DNA of 64,000 nucleotides from a virus (IMGVR_UViG_2706796291_000001:32001-96000); one strand, 5' to 3'; shown: positions 10,599 to 19,406, counted from the stretch's first letter. Notes: a model not told the origin generated them from the sequence alone. Translations and numbers: made by a program.

Positions 10599-10984
10599 CA
10601 GTGATTTTTAAAGAAATTGAAGCTTTTAATAAAGGACATAGAGATTCTATATTCATCTTAAAGTCATCTCTTAATAAAATAAAACGTGGGCATTCAATGT
10701 TGGAGGTAGGAACTTTAGGTGTATTAGTTGTTGATTCTCCACAAAAAACACATGAGTACATTGATATGGTCAACAAACATGGAGAAGATTATGCTTTGGG
10801 AATTATTTTAGGATATCCACCTGAATGTGTCTTAAGTTTTACTAGAGCGACTCTATCGGAACGAAAACATTTTGGAAACCTATCAGCTGGGTCATTCAGT
10901 TTTATGTGTCCAGAAGAACTCAAAGATTATGCGGTCAACTATATGAAAGATAGATATGGCTTGGAAAGCCAATTTATTATATGA
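10595..10984 (+). CDS. Hypothetical protein
   Basis: LGIILGYPPECV motif. Confidence 0.6.
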   Translation: MTVIFKEIEAFNKGHRDSIFILKSSLNKIKRGHSMLEVGTLGVLVVDSPQKTHEYIDMVNKHGEDYALGIILGYPPECVLSFTRATLSERKHFGNLSAGSFSFMCPEELKDYAVNYMKDRYGLESQFII

Positions 10985-11030
10985 CCGACAAACTAATATC
11001 ACTGGTCAATGACTGGTGGGGAGGGATTGA

Positions 11031-11324
11031 ATGTACGAAAGAAAATCATTATATATCAAACCAATAAATGAAATGCACGATAGTGGGGTCAAAATGTTAG
11101 AAGTTGGTTATGTAAATAATGGAGAATATAAAGCCATAGGGCGATGTTCTGATGTTATAAACTTTGGTTTTTATGAAATGGATGTTATGCCAAAAGACTT
11201 AAACGTTGATGTGAGTCCAAACGGAGTAGTAAATATTTGGTCATTTAATGACGAACTTGAATGGAAAAGACCGATTTTATCTAATGCTCAAGTGATTGTT
11301 AAAAACAAGGAGGACAATCAATGA
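11031..11324 (+). CDS. Hypothetical protein
   Basis: GGAGG RBS. Confidence 0.6.
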   Translation: MYERKSLYIKPINEMHDSGVKMLEVGYVNNGEYKAIGRCSDVINFGFYEMDVMPKDLNVDVSPNGVVNIWSFNDELEWKRPILSNAQVIVKNKEDNQ

Positions 11325-11371
11325 AACTTTTGTGTAAGCTGTTCGGGCATAAGTGGGAGAAAATAAAATGA
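11321..11371 (+). pseudogene. Truncated DUF1660-like ORF (MKLLCKLFGHKWEKIK*)
   Basis: Strong RBS; N-terminus typical of lactococcal prophage DUF1660, stop after 16 aa. Confidence 0.5.
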
Positions 11372-11520
11372 ATGAACCATTAAAATATCGTATTTTAAGA
11401 AAATTAAAGCAGTTATTCTGTTTTAATCATGATTGGCATGTTCGGGTAAATAAAAAAAATAGAACTTGTCGAAAATGTGATAAAACAGAAAAAGATTTCA
11501 ACCGCTTAGACTCTCATTAG
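11368..11520 (+). CDS. 50-aa DUF1660-like Cys/His peptide
   Basis: LFCFNHDW...CRKC; ATGA overlap. Confidence 0.45.
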   Translation: MNEPLKYRILRKLKQLFCFNHDWHVRVNKKNRTCRKCDKTEKDFNRLDSH

Positions 11521-11545
11521 TCTGAAAGTATGGTTGAGGAGGAAT

Positions 11546-11824
11546 ATGATGACACAATTTGAAAAAGATTTGGACAAATTATTATATTTAGCAAGTGTTC
11601 ATAGCAAAGATTATGAGGTAGTATATTCAGAATTTGTAAGAAAATATGAATCAATCTTTAGTCAAACAACAAATATGAAAGAATTTATAAATGACGTAAC
11701 TCATGAGTGTGATTATGGTTGTGATAATAATTGTGAACTTGATGGTACTGTGAGTAGGTATGCAGTTGAAGACTTAAAAGGAACATTAGACAGCATTGAA
11801 GGAGAGTATAATGAAAGCTTATAA
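11546..11824 (+). CDS. Hypothetical protein
   Basis: GAGGAGG RBS. Confidence 0.6.
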   Translation: MMTQFEKDLDKLLYLASVHSKDYEVVYSEFVRKYESIFSQTTNMKEFINDVTHECDYGCDNNCELDGTVSRYAVEDLKGTLDSIEGEYNESL

Positions 11825-12116
11825 ATTAAGTATTAAAGATGACCCAGACCAAGGTGAAGTAATTGTATTTGCCAAAACGGCACGTGAAGCAAAAAATAAT
11901 TGGCATTGGTACTTGGACACTGATAACTTCCTCGATAAACTGGTTCATCGTGCACCAGAATTTGACGGTATGGAAAATGCTAGTGATATGGAACTTATGA
12001 CTAAGCAGTGGCAAGAAGGTTGGAGATGGTATGATTGTTATGATATACCTGATGTAGAAGAAGATACTGTCGAAGATTTTCAGGCATGGTTCAGAAAGGA
12101 ATATGAAAATGAATAA
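11811..12116 (+). CDS. Hypothetical protein
   Basis: AAGGAG RBS. Confidence 0.6.
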   Translation: MKAYKLSIKDDPDQGEVIVFAKTAREAKNNWHWYLDTDNFLDKLVHRAPEFDGMENASDMELMTKQWQEGWRWYDCYDIPDVEEDTVEDFQAWFRKEYENE

Positions 12117-12444
12117 ATTAATTGAAAAATATATCTTAACAATTATTGCACTTGTCCTTGATGTTTTAGCAATGGCAATCTCAATTGTAACACTTAACTT
12201 AAGTTGGAATCACTTTATTGTACCAGCTTTTAATGTTCCAAAATTAGGGTTCATGTTAACATTTGCAATTGTGGTGATGTGGGAATTATTTGCCTTTAGA
12301 GTAGAGAATACAGGAATTACAACTCTTTTATCTAAGACTACAAATAAACCAAATGAACAAATTGCAGTTGATTATGCTGTAACCAATGTAATGGTTTCAC
12401 TGATAGTTGCATTAACTCTTTTAGTATTAAGCTTATTCATTTAA
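12103..12444 (+). CDS. Three-TM membrane protein
   Basis: Hydrophobic segments. Confidence 0.6.
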   Translation: MKMNKLIEKYILTIIALVLDVLAMAISIVTLNLSWNHFIVPAFNVPKLGFMLTFAIVVMWELFAFRVENTGITTLLSKTTNKPNEQIAVDYAVTNVMVSLIVALTLLVLSLFI

Positions 12445-12467
12445 ACTATCTAATGATAGTTTTTTAT

Positions 12468-12496
12468 TTGACTTTTGAATGATATTATGATATAAT
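12468..12496 (+). promoter_or_regulatory. Sigma-A promoter
   Basis: TTGACT-17-TATAAT. Confidence 0.8.
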
Positions 12497-12526
12497 ATAC
12501 AATATAAGAACATAAGGAGAATTTAA

Positions 12527-12706
12527 ATGGATAATAAACTTGATATAATCTATGATTTCATTTTTAAAGAAAAAGCACCTGATGATTGGTCAGACAACTT
12601 AAAGCTATTGATGATTAATTTTTATCTTGAAGCAGAAATAAAAATTGAACAAGAGTTAGAGAAGACTAGGAGTGAATTATGGAAAATGAACGTATTCAAC
12701 AATTAG
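12527..12706 (+). CDS. 59-aa hypothetical protein (not in ORF track)
   Basis: AAGGAG RBS right after promoter; MDNKLDIIYDF... Confidence 0.55.
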   Translation: MDNKLDIIYDFIFKEKAPDDWSDNLKLLMINFYLEAEIKIEQELEKTRSELWKMNVFNN

Positions 12707-12918
12707 CAAAATTGTATGAACATCAAATGGATGTAACTCTATCTGAAAATGACAAGGAAAAGTTATTTCAAGTTTACTTAGAATATCAAAAAGAGAGTGC
12801 AAAAACAAAGAGTTCAAGAATAATATATTTAGCACGAAGCTCTGGTAAAACTCATCTTATAAGACATTTTGGTGTTCTTAAAATGTTTGAATATATGGAG
12901 ACAAAAAATGGAAAGTAA
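12679..12918 (+). CDS. Hypothetical protein with P-loop-like remnant
   Basis: ARSSGKT in a 79-aa ORF. Confidence 0.5.
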   Translation: MENERIQQLAKLYEHQMDVTLSENDKEKLFQVYLEYQKESAKTKSSRIIYLARSSGKTHLIRHFGVLKMFEYMETKNGK

Positions 12919-13144
12919 AGAAATATTTACTAAAGCACAACTATCAATCTATCGAAACCTGCTTATTATCTGGATGAATAATTCAAACCTAAGATTTAAT
13001 CAACTTATATCTAATCTTCAAGTAGATTTTAATAATCAGCAGTTTAGAAAATATTCACGTAGTGATGGAACACCAGATTTATTCTATTTAAGTGATGAGA
13101 AGTTTGCAGAATTTTTAGAAGATTTAATAGAGGAGAATAGTTAA
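12908..13144 (+). CDS. Hypothetical protein
   Basis: LRFNQL...DLFYLSD pattern. Confidence 0.6.
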   Translation: MESKEIFTKAQLSIYRNLLIIWMNNSNLRFNQLISNLQVDFNNQQFRKYSRSDGTPDLFYLSDEKFAEFLEDLIEENS

Positions 13145-13437
13145 TGGAATATGGAAAATCATTTGTACACAATGGATTAAAATACCAACGCTCAGAGGAC
13201 ACAGTTCTCTTTACACTTAGAAATAAAAACAACCAATACATTGGAATTGATTTGGGTCGTAATGGCAATGAATTTGTTATTGGAAAGACCGTTTTAACAA
13301 CAAGTGACGAAGCGTTTATCTTTATGATGGATAAAGAGATTTTTGAAGAAAAGGGAATCTCTAACACAATTGCTATGCTACGTAAAGAGGCTAGTAATAA
13401 AATGAACTATGCAGGGTTTAAGCCAGTCATGGTATAA
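13144..13437 (+). CDS. Hypothetical protein
   Basis: TAATG coupling. Confidence 0.6.
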   Translation: MEYGKSFVHNGLKYQRSEDTVLFTLRNKNNQYIGIDLGRNGNEFVIGKTVLTTSDEAFIFMMDKEIFEEKGISNTIAMLRKEASNKMNYAGFKPVMV

Positions 13438-13447
13438 GGAGATTAAT

Positions 13448-13744
13448 ATGGTGCGATATTTGGTTCAATGGAAGAACGGAGAAACATTTACTAATCATGG
13501 GTTCTTTCGTACAGGTGAACAAGCATTTGAATCAATTCAAGATTGGTGGGAATTGAACAGTTTCAAACCTAGTTATGTTCGTGTTCTCGGTGGCGACAAC
13601 ACAATTAAAGCAATTGACTATGGAAGCTATACATCATTTTATTATATTATTCCAGTAACAGAAGATACTTTTGATGATTTATTAACTAATGGTGTGGAAG
13701 CATATGGGATGAATGTAAACTGGAATAAATATAAAAGTAATTAA
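13448..13744 (+). CDS. Hypothetical protein
   Basis: AAGGAG RBS. Confidence 0.6.
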   Translation: MVRYLVQWKNGETFTNHGFFRTGEQAFESIQDWWELNSFKPSYVRVLGGDNTIKAIDYGSYTSFYYIIPVTEDTFDDLLTNGVEAYGMNVNWNKYKSN

Positions 13745-13751
13745 ACTGTAA

Positions 13752-13780
13752 TTGACTTTGTTGTTTAAATATGGTATAAT
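13752..13780 (+). promoter_or_regulatory. Sigma-A promoter
   Basis: TTGACT-17-TATAAT. Confidence 0.8.
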
Positions 13781-13808
13781 TATTATATCAAGTTAAGGAG
13801 AAACGCAA

Positions 13809-14261
13809 ATGAACATAAAACAAATTTTAGATATGGAAGTTGTACATGAATCACGTGTAGAATGGAACGACAATCATGACGGAGTATCTCATTTTGATGT
13901 CAACACTCTTGATACAGCATTTTTTATGGAAGATGAATGGGATAAAGTAGCAGAACATATTATGTATAAATTTGTTACTTATCACAATATTGACGGTCGA
14001 AGAATTTGGGCTTTAGGATATGCAACTTTCGATGATATTCCATTCATGATTATTCAAAATGCAGGACGTGAAGGTGATGACCATGTACAAGAATATATCT
14101 TTAATGAAGAGGTTTATGAACAAGCTGTTGAGTTGCTACTTGATATTCAAAGAGATATTCCAAGAGGAGTCAGAAAACCATATATTTATAATATCGAAGA
14201 ACATAATGAGAATTTAAACTCGTTTTATGGTTTGATTCTTAACAAGAATGAAGAGGACTAG
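13809..14261 (+). CDS. Hypothetical protein
   Basis: AAGGAG RBS; QNAGREGDDH motif. Confidence 0.65.
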   Translation: MNIKQILDMEVVHESRVEWNDNHDGVSHFDVNTLDTAFFMEDEWDKVAEHIMYKFVTYHNIDGRRIWALGYATFDDIPFMIIQNAGREGDDHVQEYIFNEEVYEQAVELLLDIQRDIPRGVRKPYIYNIEEHNENLNSFYGLILNKNEED

Positions 14262-14264
14262 AAC

Positions 14265-14486
14265 ATGGAAATTAAACAAAAAGCTGGTAGGTTTGCTGGT
14301 ATGTCAGGGTGGTTAATTAAAGGTGCAAACATCTCTATTGCGGAAGATGAAATTACTGATACACGGAGTGTGGTTTGTTATCCAGACCATCCAGTCGAAT
14401 CAATCCAAGAAGCAGAGAGTTTGACGGTTTATCTCACAGAAGATGAGTTTGAACTCTTGAAAAAGATTTTCAGAATTGAGGAATAG
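14265..14486 (+). CDS. Hypothetical protein
   Basis: RBS GAGG. Confidence 0.55.
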   Translation: MEIKQKAGRFAGMSGWLIKGANISIAEDEITDTRSVVCYPDHPVESIQEAESLTVYLTEDEFELLKKIFRIEE

Positions 14487-14524
14487 AGTTTGACTGACAA
14501 GGAAAAGTCAATAACACCCAATCA

Positions 14525-14647
14525 CTATATATATGAGTGCGTGGTCAGCAGAGTAGCTGGTATAGAAGATTAACCAAGTTCCGTTCAATGATTGGTCACT
14601 TGGGTGAAAAATGATGTAGCCCCAAAGAAAACAGCTTATGTATATAG
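14525..14647 (+). ncRNA. Unnamed structured RNA, copy A
   Basis: 13-bp closing stem ctatatatatgag/cttatgtatatag; shares GAGTGCGnGGTCAG, CAAGTTCCGTTCAATG and AGAArACAGCTT with 19456-19607. Confidence 0.7.
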
Positions 14648-14652
14648 ATTTA

Positions 14653-14788
14653 TATGTCGTTAGTCGTGGTTGACTGATTCAGTAGCTTGATAGATGATTT
14701 TTAATGTATGATGAGACAATTTTGTAAAGGATTCTGAATTATTAATCGGAGAGTGAAAAATTTTGCAGGTTCGATTCCTGTCGGTGTA
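14653..14788 (+). ncRNA. tRNA-like element with expanded anticodon arm
   Basis: T-arm gcagg-TTCGATT-cctgt, weak acceptor tatgtcg/cggtgta, D-like hairpin ttagtc/gactga. Confidence 0.5.
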
Positions 14789-14804
14789 GTAAGGAGGTTC
14801 TCAT

Positions 14805-15068
14805 ATGAAAGAACATATTGTAGTAGTCGATGAAGTTCACGAAGACAACATGGAGAAACTAAAAAATATAAATAATGTAAAAGAATCTATTGAGCTTCTT
14901 TCCGATTCTTTTGTTGAAGCTGGAGAAAAAATGAGAGAATTGGCAAATTCTTTACGTGGTGAATCTGTTGATGTTTATGACCCATTAACAGATAAACGTA
15001 AGAAAGAACAATCTTTTAAAAACGGTGTAAGTAATCTTAAACATATCAAAAAACGTGGAGGAAAGTAA
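14805..15068 (+). CDS. Hypothetical protein
   Basis: AAGGAGG RBS. Confidence 0.6.
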   Translation: MKEHIVVVDEVHEDNMEKLKNINNVKESIELLSDSFVEAGEKMRELANSLRGESVDVYDPLTDKRKKEQSFKNGVSNLKHIKKRGGK

Positions 15069-15069
15069 T

Positions 15070-15318
15070 ATGTTAGTTAAAGTAGGAAAAACACATAAAA
15101 CATTTGACACAAAAGGGATTTCAACGGAAAGTGTTTTGATTCTATCAGAAGGCATTAAAAAAGGAACATGGATGTTTATGCCTTCTGATTCAAGAGATAT
15201 TCCAAATATTGTTTTTGATGATTTAGAGTACGCAACAGAGGTCGCAGAAGAGTTTTCTGGATTTGTACTATATGATGCAGAACTAGAAGATTATGACGTT
15301 TTATATGAAGTTTTATAG
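15070..15318 (+). CDS. Hypothetical protein
   Basis: GGAGG RBS. Confidence 0.6.
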   Translation: MLVKVGKTHKTFDTKGISTESVLILSEGIKKGTWMFMPSDSRDIPNIVFDDLEYATEVAEEFSGFVLYDAELEDYDVLYEVL

Positions 15319-15343
15319 ATAAAAGGTAAATAGAGAGGGCAAA

Positions 15344-15529
15344 ATGGAAAAAGAAGTCACATACTTGGTTGTAATTAATATCGGAATAACAGAAAGAATG
15401 ACTAAAGAATTTCCTGATGAAAAATCTGCATTACTAGAGGTAGAAAGATTAAAAACTGATACAAGTTTCAATGAAGCTACGTTTAAAGCTATTAGAAGAA
15501 CTGTAATTGAAGAAACTATTAAACATTAA
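15344..15529 (+). CDS. Hypothetical protein
   Basis: ORF with RBS. Confidence 0.55.
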   Translation: MEKEVTYLVVINIGITERMTKEFPDEKSALLEVERLKTDTSFNEATFKAIRRTVIEETIKH

Positions 15530-15546
15530 AAATAATGACTTTATTC

Positions 15547-15575
15547 TTGACAAGTGTTCAAGAATATGATATAAT
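15547..15575 (+). promoter_or_regulatory. Sigma-A promoter with inverted repeat over -35
   Basis: TTGACA-17-TATAAT; tattcttga/tcaagaata. Confidence 0.85.
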
Positions 15576-15630
15576 ATATACATAGAGTCAAGGTATTAAC
15601 CAACATGAACTAACTAAAGGAGAAAACACA

Positions 15631-16707
15631 ATGACAATTATCAACGTAAGCGACACTTATCAAATCTTTCCAGACGACCTTAAAACATTCGACAAACTTC
15701 CTAAAGGAACATACACAGTTCGATTTAATAAAATGGAAGGCTTCTCACTTATTAAGCGTGAAAATCTAACTGTTGATGAAAAAATGTATAGTAATCATAA
15801 AGAAAAAGCTGAAAAAGCTCTTAAAACATTCGGTCTCTTTGACCGTTCTATGGGAATTATCTTGTCAGGAGATAAGGGCATTGGTAAGACAATGTTCACC
15901 CGTTACCTTGCAAATCAGTTTGTTGAAACTAAAGAACTTCCTGTTATTCTAATTGACCAAGCTTATTTTGGTATCGCAGACTTCCTTTCATCTATTAAAC
16001 AGGAAGCAATGATTCTGTTTGATGAGTTTGAGAAAGTATTTGATGAACGCAATGACAATTCTGAAAGTCAAGATTCATTACTTGGTTTATTTGATGGTCT
16101 ATCAAGTACAAAACACATGTATGTAATCACTGTGCATGACCTACATAGATTGAGTAGTTTTATGCAAAATCGTACAGGACGTTTTCACTATCATTTCCGA
16201 TTCAAATATCCACGTGGACAAGAGGTTCGTGATTATATTCATGACCATGCTTCTAATGTGAGTGAAGATATTGTTGAAAAAATTGTTGATTTTAGCACTA
16301 AAGTTAAAGTTACTTTTGATACTTTACGTTCAATTGCTTTCGAAGTTTCTAATGGTAACAGCTTTAGTGAAACAATTGAAGACTTGAATATTAGTCAAGG
16401 TGAAGCAACTAAGTATGCTGTGACACTTCGATTAGAAGATGGTCGATTGATTAAACTTCATAATCAACGTGAGATTGATTTGTTTGATGATATTGCAAAC
16501 ATTGATGGAGACGTTGATGGAGAATGGTCTAAAATTCGTTTTGAGACTAAAAACGCTCATCAAAATGCAACAGGAGATGGGTATGTTGTTGGAGAGTTTG
16601 AAACGTCTACTCGATGGAATGATGATAAAGACGAATATGTATCATTAGCAATTGAAGAAGCAATCCTTACAATCAACAATGATACAAACATTAAATATTT
16701 AGTTTAA
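15631..16707 (+). CDS. AAA+ ATPase
   Basis: GDKGIGKT, ILFDEFEK, NRTGRFHY. Confidence 0.85.
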   Translation: MTIINVSDTYQIFPDDLKTFDKLPKGTYTVRFNKMEGFSLIKRENLTVDEKMYSNHKEKAEKALKTFGLFDRSMGIILSGDKGIGKTMFTRYLANQFVETKELPVILIDQAYFGIADFLSSIKQEAMILFDEFEKVFDERNDNSESQDSLLGLFDGLSSTKHMYVITVHDLHRLSSFMQNRTGRFHYHFRFKYPRGQEVRDYIHDHASNVSEDIVEKIVDFSTKVKVTFDTLRSIAFEVSNGNSFSETIEDLNISQGEATKYAVTLRLEDGRLIKLHNQREIDLFDDIANIDGDVDGEWSKIRFETKNAHQNATGDGYVVGEFETSTRWNDDKDEYVSLAIEEAILTINNDTNIKYLV

Positions 16708-16733
16708 AAAATTAGACACGAAAGTGTCTATAA

Positions 16734-16806
16734 GGTTCTTTAGCTTAACTGGTAAAGCCCTTCGCTCATAACGGAGTAAGTGCAGGTTCGAGTCCTGCAA
16801 GAACCA
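16734..16806 (+). tRNA. tRNA-Met/Ile2 (CAT), CCA not encoded
   Basis: Cloverleaf GGTTCTT...AAGAACC-A, loop CTCATAA, T-loop TTCGAGT. Confidence 0.9.
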
Positions 16807-16854
16807 TTCCCAAAAGGGAAAATAGAAAGATAGACAGAAAGAGAGGTACTAACC

Positions 16855-17085
16855 ATGATTTTAAAATATGGAGTAAGTAACGGTAAAGGAGAAACAGTTG
16901 TTCACATTACAGACAACATCACAGATGTAGAAGAAATTGAAGGTAGTAATTCACCAATCTTCCACCATCACAATGGAGATAAACCTCGGACATATTTCGG
17001 CAATCTTAAAGAGAATGAATATATTATCTTTATGTATTTAATGAATGATGAATTTAAAACAATTAAGATTTATAAAAGGGCTTAA
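16855..17085 (+). CDS. Hypothetical protein
   Basis: GAGGT RBS; YLMNDEFKTI motif. Confidence 0.6.
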   Translation: MILKYGVSNGKGETVVHITDNITDVEEIEGSNSPIFHHHNGDKPRTYFGNLKENEYIIFMYLMNDEFKTIKIYKRA

Positions 17086-17086
17086 T

Positions 17087-17509
17087 ATGAAAATAAACGT
17101 AAATGAACTAAAAACATTGTTTAAACTTGGAGAATATGTTGTATTAGTTCCGAAACAGGGAAGTGATTATCGTTCCTTTCTTCGTGAGATGACTGATGAA
17201 ATCTATTGGGAAAATAATATGTGGAATGACTGGGATACAGTCTATGATAGAGTTGAACTAATTAAAATATGGTCTAATGGTGGGAAAGAAGCTATTGAAT
17301 TAAAACCAGCAACATTTCTCCGTGTTACAGAACCCTATACTATGGAAGCTCTTGAAATTTATGGACATAAATCAAACTTTAAATATGTTATCTTGAATGA
17401 TGGCGACATCGAACTGGTTGAAACATCAGAACTCGATAAAGTATATGATATCTTTTTTAAGCCTCTTCAAGCGCTAGAAAATGCACGCTTTGAAATCTTA
17501 GGAGATTGA
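17087..17509 (+). CDS. Hypothetical protein
   Basis: Tiled ORF. Confidence 0.6.
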   Translation: MKINVNELKTLFKLGEYVVLVPKQGSDYRSFLREMTDEIYWENNMWNDWDTVYDRVELIKIWSNGGKEAIELKPATFLRVTEPYTMEALEIYGHKSNFKYVILNDGDIELVETSELDKVYDIFFKPLQALENARFEILGD

Positions 17510-17510
17510 T

Positions 17511-17873
17511 ATGAAGAAAAGAATTAAACACGAGGTTATCTTTAGCTCTAAAGAGGTTAAAGAGATAACAGGATTTGAATTAAAAAATAAATGGGGAGTT
17601 TTCTATTTTGAACAAGATGGACATGAACCTATTTGGGAAACATCCGATGTTACAGACGAAGAAGAATTTAACAAAGATTTCGGAATGTGTATGGATGAAA
17701 TAGAAAGAATTTTGAGAGATTATGTTAGTAAAAATTTCCTTGGAGACTTTTACTTTGTAGTACAAAAGGGTAGTATTCATTATAGAACATCTAGTTATAC
17801 CTCTCAATTTCATTCTAATAATAATAGTGAAATATTCTTTTATTATGAGGATAGAGATACTATGGAGGTTTAA
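17511..17873 (+). CDS. Hypothetical protein
   Basis: AGGAG RBS. Confidence 0.6.
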   Translation: MKKRIKHEVIFSSKEVKEITGFELKNKWGVFYFEQDGHEPIWETSDVTDEEEFNKDFGMCMDEIERILRDYVSKNFLGDFYFVVQKGSIHYRTSSYTSQFHSNNNSEIFFYYEDRDTMEV

Positions 17874-17875
17874 AC

Positions 17876-18121
17876 ATGAATTTAAAAATTAAAATTAAAG
17901 TGTCTTATTCAAGATATGATATGGATGATTTTAATGATGGTAGCAAGATTTACTTCATAGTTGAAATACCAATGAATTATATTAAAGATAAAAATAAACT
18001 GATAGAGAACATATCTAATTTTTGTAGTGAAACAGCAAGAAATTTGCTTATTGCAAATGATATTGAGTTTAGAGAGTATATGATTCGGACTGAGTTCTTA
18101 GAAAAATCAATGCCAGTATAA
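17876..18121 (+). CDS. Hypothetical protein
   Basis: GGAGG RBS. Confidence 0.6.
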   Translation: MNLKIKIKVSYSRYDMDDFNDGSKIYFIVEIPMNYIKDKNKLIENISNFCSETARNLLIANDIEFREYMIRTEFLEKSMPV

Positions 18122-18146
18122 AAAATTAAAAAATTCAACTTTATCC

Positions 18147-18175
18147 TTGACATTATATCTGAAATATGATATAAT
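18147..18175 (+). promoter_or_regulatory. Sigma-A promoter (HNH, tRNA-Arg, tmRNA)
   Basis: TTGACA-17-TATAAT. Confidence 0.85.
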
Positions 18176-18207
18176 ATTAATATAGTCAAGTGAGAGAGGT
18201 TGATTGA

Positions 18208-18801
18208 ATGAAGGAAATTGATTCAAAAGAGTTCTTTCCTCTTAAAAGATATGAAGGTTTTTATGAAATCAACACTAATGGAGACATTCGTTCTGTAGAT
18301 AGAATAATAACAACCAAAGGGTATAATGGAAAAGGTTCTTATGCTTCTCATCAAAAGGGAGTTCTAAGGAAGAGTTATCAAAATGGTAGTGGTTATCTTC
18401 AAATTAAATTGTACATAAATGGTAAGGAATATCAGGAATATGTACACCGTCTTGTTTATGATACTTTCATCGGTATTAAAGATAAGAAAAATGACATAGA
18501 CCACTTAGACCATAACAAATTAAATTGTTCATTGGAAAATTTAGAGGAAATAACTCATAAAGAAAATATGAGAAGAATGCGTAAATTCTATGGCATAGAA
18601 GCTAGACCTAAAGAAAAGAAAAGTCGAAGAACTTATACATACGATGAAATGAAAAAAGTTCTTGAAAGACTCAGAACTGAACCTATGAGTAAAGTCTGTA
18701 AAGATTATGGACTTTCTGACAAAGGTTTATCTAAAAGACTTAAGAGTGTCGGTCTTCCATATCAAATGAAGGAAATAAATAAATACTTTAATAACAACTG
18801 A
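18208..18801 (+). CDS. NUMOD4-HNH homing endonuclease
   Basis: YEGFYEINTNGDIRS; VHRLV...IDHLDHNKLNCSLENLE...EN. Confidence 0.85.
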   Translation: MKEIDSKEFFPLKRYEGFYEINTNGDIRSVDRIITTKGYNGKGSYASHQKGVLRKSYQNGSGYLQIKLYINGKEYQEYVHRLVYDTFIGIKDKKNDIDHLDHNKLNCSLENLEEITHKENMRRMRKFYGIEARPKEKKSRRTYTYDEMKKVLERLRTEPMSKVCKDYGLSDKGLSKRLKSVGLPYQMKEINKYFNNN

Positions 18802-18816
18802 TTCTAGTTGTTATCT

Positions 18817-18889
18817 GCTCGGTTGGTGAAGCTGGATATCACACAGAATTTCTAATTCTGTATCAAGGGTTCAAATCCCTTACTGAGTA
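18817..18889 (+). tRNA. tRNA-Arg (TCT)
   Basis: GCTCGGT/ACTGAGT, CAGAA-TTTCTAA-TTCTG, AAGGG-TTCAAAT-CCCTT. Confidence 0.9.
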
Positions 18890-18926
18890 TATCAAGTTAA
18901 TCTTGATTGATTTCTTTATTAGATTA

Positions 18927-19017
18927 AATAAAGTGGTGGAGGTACAGATGAATCTGTAACGTACACATGGGTTGGGGGTACGGTAAGTGTTGTGGCTTAT
19001 CGCTCAACCATTTTATT
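18927..19017 (+). ncRNA. Unnamed four-way-junction RNA
   Basis: Closing stem aataaagtggt/accattttatt enclosing three hairpins. Confidence 0.5.
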
Positions 19018-19019
19018 AA

Positions 19020-19364
19020 GGGGATGTAAAGGTTTCGACAGACTATGGCAGTCTTAAATCACATTCCGACAAGGACAGTCGTTAAAACCAAACTAAATAT
19101 AATTGCAAACACTCAATTAGCCGTAGCCTAAGCTACAAAAAAGTTTAAGTAATTAAACAGCTAGAAACTGATTCGTCTGGTAGGTTTCTAGTACAAACAG
19201 ACGTGTGATGGATTCTGATAAGTCACAGATAACAATCAGAACAGCGTTAGTGGATAGTTGTTTATTCAAGAAACTAATAATGTCTATCAAATGAATAAAC
19301 TATGAATGTAAGAAAGTTTAAGATATGTATAGTTTGGACGCGGATTCGATTTCCGCCATTTCCA
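19020..19364 (+). ncRNA. ssrA: tmRNA; tag (A)ANTQLAVA* at 19105-19131
   Basis: 5' GGGGATGTAAAGGTTTCGAC, G3-U acceptor, ataattGCA resume context, 3' GGACGCGGATTCGATTTCCGCCATTTCCA. Confidence 0.9.
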
Positions 19365-19406
19365 TCATGTTTTTAAAACATATTTAAAAAACATATTACT
19401 TTATAC

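Noticed and set aside
14525-14647. RNase P RNA, SRP RNA or SAM-II
   Set aside because: Only a few bases resemble them; GAGGAAAGUCC, the SRP loop and the SAM-II pseudoknot are absent.
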